From assembly GCA_965237955.1 (NCBI GenBank), contig OZ250169.1, forward strand, positions 4,448,001-4,512,000: DNA of 64,000 bases, read 5' to 3'. Below, piece by piece: positions 57,904-64,000 of this stretch. Position numbers and translations under genes: made by a program. This DNA comes from Candidatus Marinacidobacterales bacterium (GTDB lineage: Bacteria > Acidobacteriota > Vicinamibacteria > Marinacidobacterales > SMYC01). The notes beneath the pieces were generated by a model. The model did no database searches. It saw nothing but the letters and a program-made list of their open reading frames with translations, and was not told where the DNA came from. Each line of letters opens with the position of its first letter. The stretch's first letter is position 1.

Positions 57904-59640
57904 ATGACCCGCGCGCGCATTCTCACCGAGAAGGAAGAAAGCATTCTCGCCGATACCCGGCGCGTGCTTTCCGAGCTTCGGGTCACGCTCGAACGCGTGC
58001 AGGTCGAACCGGACGATGCCGCCTCGTTCGACGCTTCGATCTGCCAGCTCGACGAACTGTTCCTTCTCGTCGTCGCCGGTGAGTTCAACGCGGGCAAGAG
58101 TGCCTTCATCAACGCCCTCGTCGGCGAGAATCTTCTCGACGAAGGGGTGACGACGACGACGTCACGAGTCACGCTCCTGAAGCACGGCGAATCCAAGAAC
58201 CGCAACACGAAGACCGACGCGTTCGAAATCGTCCAAGCGCCGTTCGACGTCCTCGAGAACGTCAATATCGTCGATACTCCGGGAACGAACGCCATCCACC
58301 GCGAGCACGAAGAGTTGACGCGCGAGTTTCTTCCACGCTCCGACATGGTTTTGTTCGTGACGTCCGCGGACCGCCCGTTCACGGAAAGTGAGCGCTCGTT
58401 TCTGGAGGGGATTCGCGACTGGGGCAAGAAAGTCGCCGTTGTCGTCAACAAGATCGATATTCTCGACAAGCCCGCGGACGTGGACGAAGTGACACGTTTT
58501 GTGCGCGACCATGCCGCAACCCTTCTCGGTACCGAAGTAGAGGTGTTTCCGGTGTCCGCGAAACAGGCCGCGCTCGCGAAGTCGGAAAACGACGCCCGGG
58601 TGCTCGAGACGAGTCGGTTTACCGCGTTGGAAGATTTCATCGTGCGCACGCTCGACGATCGTGAGCGCGTTCGGCTCAAACTGCTCAACCCTCTCGGCGT
58701 CGGTAAAGCACTCTCGGAAAAGTACATGGTCGTCGTCGCGGCGGAGCTCGACTTGCTCGCCGACGACCTCGCGATGCTGACCGACATCGACTCCCAGCTA
58801 GAAGTCTACGAGCGCGACCAGCATCGCGACTTCGCGTACCGGCTGTCGGACATCGACAATGCCCTCCTCGACTTCGAGAGCCGCGGCGGCGCTTTTTTCG
58901 AGGAGACACTGAGGCTCGGCCGCGTGTTCGACCTCATCAACAAAGCCAAGGTCAAGGGCGAGTTCGAAAGGAAAGTTATCGCCGATCTCCCTCGAACCGT
59001 GGAGCAACGGGTCGAAGCCGTTATCGACTGGATGGTCGAAAGCGAGCTCGAACAGTGGAAGGCGATCATGACGCACCTCGACGAGCGCCGGAAGGCGCGC
59101 GAGGACCGCATCGTCGGAAAGCTCCCCCCGACGTTCGTCCAGGATCGGAAGAGGCTCCTGGAAACCGTGGGCGCGGCCGCCCGCAAGGCGATCGACGGCT
59201 ACGACCGCGACAGCGAGTCGACCAGGCTGGCCGAATCCGTCCACACGGCGGTTGCGAGCACTGCGTTACTCGAAGTGGGCGCGCTCGGACTCGGTGCGCT
59301 CGTCACTGCGATCGCCACCACGACGGCTGCGGACGTGACCGGGATTCTCGCAGCAAGTGCCCTGTCCGTCGTCGGCCTTCTCGTTCTCCCCGCGAAGCGG
59401 CGTGCTGCCAAAACCGAGCTCAACAAGAAAGTCGCGGAGGTCCGGAACCAGCTCATGAGTTCGCTTCGGCAGCAGTTCGATACCAAGATACAGGGAAGCC
59501 TCGTGAGGATTCAGGAGGCGATGGCGCCGTACACGCGGTTCGTACGCGCCGAGAGAGACCGTCTCGAGACGGCCCGTAACGAGCTCCGGAGCTCCCACAA
59601 CGAGATCGCCCGCGTCGAAGCGAGCATCGACGGGCTTTAG
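57904..59640 (+). CDS. Bacterial dynamin-like GTPase
   Basis: GEFNAGKS, DTPG, NKID; long helical stalk; hydrophobic hairpin near the C-terminus. Confidence 0.88.
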   Translation: MTRARILTEKEESILADTRRVLSELRVTLERVQVEPDDAASFDASICQLDELFLLVVAGEFNAGKSAFINALVGENLLDEGVTTTTSRVTLLKHGESKNRNTKTDAFEIVQAPFDVLENVNIVDTPGTNAIHREHEELTREFLPRSDMVLFVTSADRPFTESERSFLEGIRDWGKKVAVVVNKIDILDKPADVDEVTRFVRDHAATLLGTEVEVFPVSAKQAALAKSENDARVLETSRFTALEDFIVRTLDDRERVRLKLLNPLGVGKALSEKYMVVVAAELDLLADDLAMLTDIDSQLEVYERDQHRDFAYRLSDIDNALLDFESRGGAFFEETLRLGRVFDLINKAKVKGEFERKVIADLPRTVEQRVEAVIDWMVESELEQWKAIMTHLDERRKAREDRIVGKLPPTFVQDRKRLLETVGAAARKAIDGYDRDSESTRLAESVHTAVASTALLEVGALGLGALVTAIATTTAADVTGILAASALSVVGLLVLPAKRRAAKTELNKKVAEVRNQLMSSLRQQFDTKIQGSLVRIQEAMAPYTRFVRAERDRLETARNELRSSHNEIARVEASIDGL

Positions 59641-59647
59641 AAAAGCA

Positions 59648-61048
59648 CTAGACGATGGGCGGCCGGTTTTCGCCCACACGGGTGGCGCGCTCGAACGCGT
59701 GCCCGAGCGCGAGCACGGAACGCTCGTGCCGGTAGCGCCCCACGATCTGAAGGCCCACCGGGAGGCCCTCGGGCGTGAATCCCGCGGGAACCGACATCGC
59801 AGGCAACGCTGTCAGGGAGATGAAGTAGCAGCTCTTCATCCAATCGATGTAGGACTCCATCGCGACGCCGTCGATCTCCTGCACCCATTCGGTTTCAATA
59901 TCGAAAGGCGCCACTTGCGTGACCGGCAACAGCAGGAACTCATAGCGATCCATGAAACGGCGTACGCGCTCGTAGAGCTCACCGCGCTCGCGCTGGGCTC
60001 GGGCGATCTCGGAGGCCGCGAGCGCGAGCCCTTTCTCGGTGTTCCAAACGACCGTCTCCTTCATGAGCGAGCGGTGGAGTTCGAGATGTTCAGTGTGTGC
60101 GATGGCGAAGCTATGCGCGCGCAACGTCTGGAAGATCTCCGGTGCGTTCCCGAAATCAGGGTGGGCTTCGTCGACCTCGCATCCGAGCTCGGCGAAACAC
60201 TCGACCGCCTCATCGAAGACAGCCGCAACTTGTTTCTCGACCGGGAAGCTTCCCAGGTCGCGACTGCAAGCGATTCGAACGCCGCCGAAATCGCGCCCGA
60301 GCGAACCACGAAAAATCTCACCTGGCTCTTCGCTCGACAACGGCGCACGGCGATCGGGACCGGCCATGACCGACAGCAGCAGGGCGGCGTCCTCGACGCT
60401 TCTCGCAATGGGTCCAAGCACGTCGAGTGCGTTCCATGGATCGATAGCGGGCCAACGCGGGATACGCCCGGGCGATGGACGGAGTCCGACGACGTTACAA
60501 AAGCTCGGCGGGTTTCGCAGCGAACCACCGAGATCGCTTCCATCGGCGAACGGTACCATGCCGCACGCGACGGCCACTGCAGCGCCCCCGCTACTGCCCC
60601 CGCACGTTTTTTCGAGATCGTAGGGGTTCCGCGTGCGCCCGAATACAGGGTTGAAGGTTTGTGAGCCCGCGCCGAATTCGGGCGTGTTGGTTTTTCCGAT
60701 GACGACAGCGCCGGCCGCGCGGAGCCGCTCGACGAAGAGCGCGTCTTGGTCAGGGACGTTGTTCTCGTAGATCGGCGAGCCAAAGGTCGTACGTAATCCT
60801 TTGGTAAGCTCGAGATCTTTGATTGCAATCGGAAGCCCATGAAGCACGCCGCCTTTGTCCGACAGGTCATCGAGCTCGCGCGCGCGGGCGCGCGCAGCCT
60901 CTTCGTCGAGCGTGACGATCGCGTTGACTTCTGGGTTCACGCGCTCGATTTGCCGTAGGTGCGCCTCGAGCACTTCGCTCGCCGAGAGCTCACGCGCGCG
61001 TAATCGGCCAGCCAGCTCGGTCGCAGATAAGAAGCACAGATCGGACAT
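59648..61048 (-). CDS. Amidase signature family enzyme
   Basis: IKDL, GKTNTPEF, GGSSGG, GSDLGGSLRNP. Confidence 0.92.
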   Translation of the reverse strand: MSDLCFLSATELAGRLRARELSASEVLEAHLRQIERVNPEVNAIVTLDEEAARARARELDDLSDKGGVLHGLPIAIKDLELTKGLRTTFGSPIYENNVPDQDALFVERLRAAGAVVIGKTNTPEFGAGSQTFNPVFGRTRNPYDLEKTCGGSSGGAAVAVACGMVPFADGSDLGGSLRNPPSFCNVVGLRPSPGRIPRWPAIDPWNALDVLGPIARSVEDAALLLSVMAGPDRRAPLSSEEPGEIFRGSLGRDFGGVRIACSRDLGSFPVEKQVAAVFDEAVECFAELGCEVDEAHPDFGNAPEIFQTLRAHSFAIAHTEHLELHRSLMKETVVWNTEKGLALAASEIARAQRERGELYERVRRFMDRYEFLLLPVTQVAPFDIETEWVQEIDGVAMESYIDWMKSCYFISLTALPAMSVPAGFTPEGLPVGLQIVGRYRHERSVLALGHAFERATRVGENRPPIV

Positions 61049-61098
61049 TGGTGGTACGGTAGATCGATTCAGCTTCCAAGCGCTAATCAGACTGGAGA

Positions 61099-61152
61099 CC
61101 CGCCTTCGCCTTTGGCTTCGGCGGGCCAGCCGAAGCTTCATGCGGAGGCTGG
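61099..61152. repeat. REP-like hairpin element
   Basis: CCGCCTTCGC..GGCTTCGGC and GCCGAAGC..GCGGAGGC arms are mutually complementary; divergent intergenic position. Confidence 0.5.
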
Positions 61153-61188
61153 CTAGCAACTGGGAGCTGCTCGTGTTAAACCTCACCG

Positions 61189-61563
61189 ATGAAACTCCTC
61201 ACGACCGCGCTGCTGGTGTGCGCCATTCCGGGAGCTAGCACCACGGAGCTCTTCGAGCTTCGCGGACGCGCAGCGACAATCATTGAGCAAGAAGACGCTC
61301 GAGACATCACGACGGAGCAGGCGCGACGCAAAGTCCAGCTACTCTTGAAAGACTTCGAGGCGTGGGCCGAAGCGCACGACGTCGAGCTCGAGCTCAGAAG
61401 TCGGTCCTACAGCTCATCGTCAGAAAGTGTCGACGATGCCATGACCGTCAATCGATGCCCGTTATTCTACGAAGACGACGTCGACGAGCTTTGCCTCATC
61501 GATTTGAAGCGTTCCGAAGTGTGGAGCACGTCGGTCCTGTTCTGCCGCTACCTTTGCGAATAG
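61189..61563 (+). CDS. Hypothetical secreted protein
   Basis: Signal peptide; four C-terminal Cys. Confidence 0.5.
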   Translation: MKLLTTALLVCAIPGASTTELFELRGRAATIIEQEDARDITTEQARRKVQLLLKDFEAWAEAHDVELELRSRSYSSSSESVDDAMTVNRCPLFYEDDVDELCLIDLKRSEVWSTSVLFCRYLCE

Positions 61564-61569
61564 CGGTCG

Positions 61570-62052
61570 ATGGCGAGCTCGTATCACGATTACGATCTCC
61601 ACGTGGTTCTCGTGGAGCCCGAAATCCACTGGAACACGGGGAACGCCGGAAGGACGGTCCTGGCGGCGGGCGCGATGCTGCACCTGGTGGAGCCGCTCGG
61701 GTTCTCGCTCGACGCGAAACAGGTTCGCCGCGCCGGGCTCGACTATTGGTCGAGGGTTCCCGCGAAACTTTGGCCAGATTGGCACGCGCTCGAGCGCGAG
61801 TTGCCCTCGATGGGGGAGCCCTTTTTCGTGTCTCCCGAAGCGGAGCGCACCATTTGGGACGCGCATTTTCCCGCGCGCTCGGTCCTCATCTTCGGCAGCG
61901 AGACCAAAGGTCTGCCGGAATCGCTCCGCGAGCAGCACCAGAAGCGGCAGTTCTCGATCCCGATGAAAGACCAAACCCTGCGCTCGCTGAATCTTTCGAC
62001 CGCCGTGGGCGTCGTGTTGTACGAGGTCCTACGGCAGCAACGGCGCTCGTAG
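61570..62052 (+). CDS. trmL: tRNA (cytidine(34)-2'-O)-methyltransferase
   Basis: EPEIHWNTGN, RRAGLDYW, FGSETKGL, RSLNLS. Confidence 0.92.
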   Translation: MASSYHDYDLHVVLVEPEIHWNTGNAGRTVLAAGAMLHLVEPLGFSLDAKQVRRAGLDYWSRVPAKLWPDWHALERELPSMGEPFFVSPEAERTIWDAHFPARSVLIFGSETKGLPESLREQHQKRQFSIPMKDQTLRSLNLSTAVGVVLYEVLRQQRRS

Positions 62053-62070
62053 ATACGCTAAGATCCGGCT

Positions 62071-63663
62071 ATGCCCGGGGCGCGAGATTCCTATTTCACC
62101 ACCAGCTCGGGAAAATCGCTGAAAGGCGAGTACACCGAAGACGATCTCGCCGATTGGAACCCGGCGGAGTCACTCGGTCGCGCCGGCGATTCACCGTTCA
62201 CGCGCGGAAACCACGCCTCCGGCTACCGCGGGCGGTTGTGGACGATGCGCCAATACGCGGGCTACGCGACCGCGGCCGAATCGAATCGGCGCTATCGCTA
62301 TTTGCTCGAGCAGGGACAGAGCGGACTCTCGGTCGCGTTCGATCTCCCGACTCAGATCGGCTACGACTCCGACCACGCGATGGCTCAAGGGGAAGTGGGT
62401 CGCGTCGGCGTCACCATCGATTCGCTCGACGATATGGAGACTCTCTTCGACGGTATCCCGCTCGACAAAGTCTCGACGTCGATGACCATCAACGCCACCG
62501 CGAGCATCTTGCTCGCGCTCTACATGGCCGTGGGCCGCCGTCAAGGAGTCGCGGATGAAAACCTCTCGGGCACCGTCCAAAACGACATCCTCAAAGAGTA
62601 CATGGCCCGAGGAACGTACATCTATCCTCCCGGCCCGTCGATGCGGATCGCAACCGACGTCATCGCTTTTTGCCAAGACACGCTTCCCCGCTTCAACCCC
62701 ATCAGCATCAGCGGCTACCACATCCGCGAAGCGGGTGCGACGGCCGCACAAGAGCTCGCGTTCACGCTCGCCAATGGTCTTGCCTATGTCGAAGCCGCGG
62801 TTTCTGCCGGACTCGACGTGGACGAGTTCGGAGCGCGGCTATCGTTTTTCTTCAACTCCCACCAAAACTTTCTCGAGGAGATCGCAAAGTTTCGCGCCGC
62901 ACGCAGGCTCTGGGGAAAACTGCTTCGCGAGCGCTATCACTCGAGAAACCCTCGTGCGCAAATGCTGCGATTCCACACGCAAACGGCGGGCTCGACGCTG
63001 ACCGCGCAGCAGCCGGACGTGAACGTCGTGCGCACCACGTTGCAGGCGCTCGCCGCGGTCCTCGGCGGCACCCAATCGCTACACTGTAACGCTCTCGACG
63101 AAGCGCTCGGACTGCCCACCGAAGAGACAGCCGAGGTCGCGCTGCGCACGCAACAGGTCATCGCCTACGAAAGCGACGTGGCAGACACCATCGATCCCTT
63201 CGGCGGCTCATACGCGATGGAGTCGATGACCGATGCGATCGAGCACGAGGCGGAAGCGATCCTCGCCGAAATCGACCGTCGGGGCGGAGCGCTCGAAGCG
63301 ATCGAGGCCGGTTGGCCGCAAGGGGAAATCCGTGAGGCCGCTTATCGTTTTCAGAAAGACATGGAATCAGGTGAGCGTCTCGTCGTCGGGGTCAACGTTT
63401 TCGAAAAAGACGAGAAAGTGCCAGTCGAAGTGTTCTCGGTCGACGCGACCGTCGAGACGGATCAGGTCGCTCGCCTCGAAGCCGTGCGCGCACGTCGTGA
63501 TGCCTCGGCCGCCACGAAAGCGCTCGACGATGTCGAGCGCGCCGCCAAAACCGACGCCAACTTGATGCCCCCGATCCTGACCGCGGTATCGGCCTACGTC
63601 ACTTTGGGCGAAATCTCCGACCGTTTGCGCAAAGTGTTCGGAGAGTACCGTTCGAGCTGGTGA
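62071..63663 (+). CDS. Methylmalonyl-CoA mutase family large (substrate-binding) subunit
   Basis: [38 protein letters not shown]; no B12-binding domain. Confidence 0.92.
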   Translation: MPGARDSYFTTSSGKSLKGEYTEDDLADWNPAESLGRAGDSPFTRGNHASGYRGRLWTMRQYAGYATAAESNRRYRYLLEQGQSGLSVAFDLPTQIGYDSDHAMAQGEVGRVGVTIDSLDDMETLFDGIPLDKVSTSMTINATASILLALYMAVGRRQGVADENLSGTVQNDILKEYMARGTYIYPPGPSMRIATDVIAFCQDTLPRFNPISISGYHIREAGATAAQELAFTLANGLAYVEAAVSAGLDVDEFGARLSFFFNSHQNFLEEIAKFRAARRLWGKLLRERYHSRNPRAQMLRFHTQTAGSTLTAQQPDVNVVRTTLQALAAVLGGTQSLHCNALDEALGLPTEETAEVALRTQQVIAYESDVADTIDPFGGSYAMESMTDAIEHEAEAILAEIDRRGGALEAIEAGWPQGEIREAAYRFQKDMESGERLVVGVNVFEKDEKVPVEVFSVDATVETDQVARLEAVRARRDASAATKALDDVERAAKTDANLMPPILTAVSAYVTLGEISDRLRKVFGEYRSSW

Positions 63664-64000
63664 CACAAACGCTTCTCGAGATTCAAGGCTTGACGATGTC
63701 GCTCGCGACGGACACAGGAACGATCCGTCCGGTCAACGATGTCTCGATCAGCTTGAGCGCGGGAGAAACCCTCGCGGTCGGCGGCGAGTCGGGCTCGGGC
63801 AAGTCCATGCTTGCCTTTTCCATCATGCTTCTTCCGCCGCGCGCGGCGCGCTTCGAAGGCGGCCGTATCCTGTGGAAGGAACGTGACCTCTTGGAAATGC
63901 CTTCCGAATCGCTCCGCCGCATCCGCGGCAAAGAGATAGCACTCATTTTTCAGGAAGCCGGCTCCGCGCTGAATCCCGTACGGACGATCGGCTCTCAACT
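63660..64000 (+). CDS. Oligo/dipeptide ABC transporter ATP-binding protein (3' partial)
   Basis: LLEIQGL...GESGSGKS...[12 protein letters not shown]...LNP. Confidence 0.88.
   Translation, partial: MTQTLLEIQGLTMSLATDTGTIRPVNDVSISLSAGETLAVGGESGSGKSMLAFSIMLLPPRAARFEGGRILWKERDLLEMPSESLRRIRGKEIALIFQEAGSALNPVRTIGSQ

Noticed and set aside
1-64000. Numerous long antisense or alternate-frame ORFs and frequent CTCGAG/GTCGAC words
   Set aside because: Expected shadows of GC-rich codon usage (CTC-GAG, GTC-GAC); over-representation cannot be shown without computation

Overview
GC-rich bacterial chromosomal window. Its gene families (GWxTD-TPR protein, carboxypeptidase-regulatory-domain TonB receptor, DUF4388-TPR proteins, C25 peptidase) suggest Acidobacteriota; this is inference. 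Housekeeping and metabolic genes include etfBA, an orn-like exonuclease, an M17 aminopeptidase, pruA, kynA/kynU, a SorAB-like sulfite dehydrogenase, nth, rlpA, bfd-bfr, trmL and methylmalonyl-CoA mutase. Mobile and accessory structure: (i) a tnpA-less IS607-family element inserted at a GG dinucleotide in yigZ, whose TnpB lacks the RuvC-I catalytic Asp through an apparent in-frame deletion; (ii) two near-identical 125-bp CTAG-targeting MITEs, one of which truncates a gene; (iii) a 341-bp direct repeat bracketing a ~13.9-kb accessory segment that holds TA modules, a two-component system with a triple secretin-N0 protein, a degraded IS, and an OMP plus degenerate-kinase pair. A tightly coupled GT2 / nucleosidase-like / TauE / SPL-like radical SAM operon looks like an uncharacterised pathway. 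Many frameshifts, nonsense codons and gene fragments indicate either genome decay or assembly error. No tRNA, rRNA or CRISPR array was recognised. All family calls are by-eye motif recognition, not database searches.
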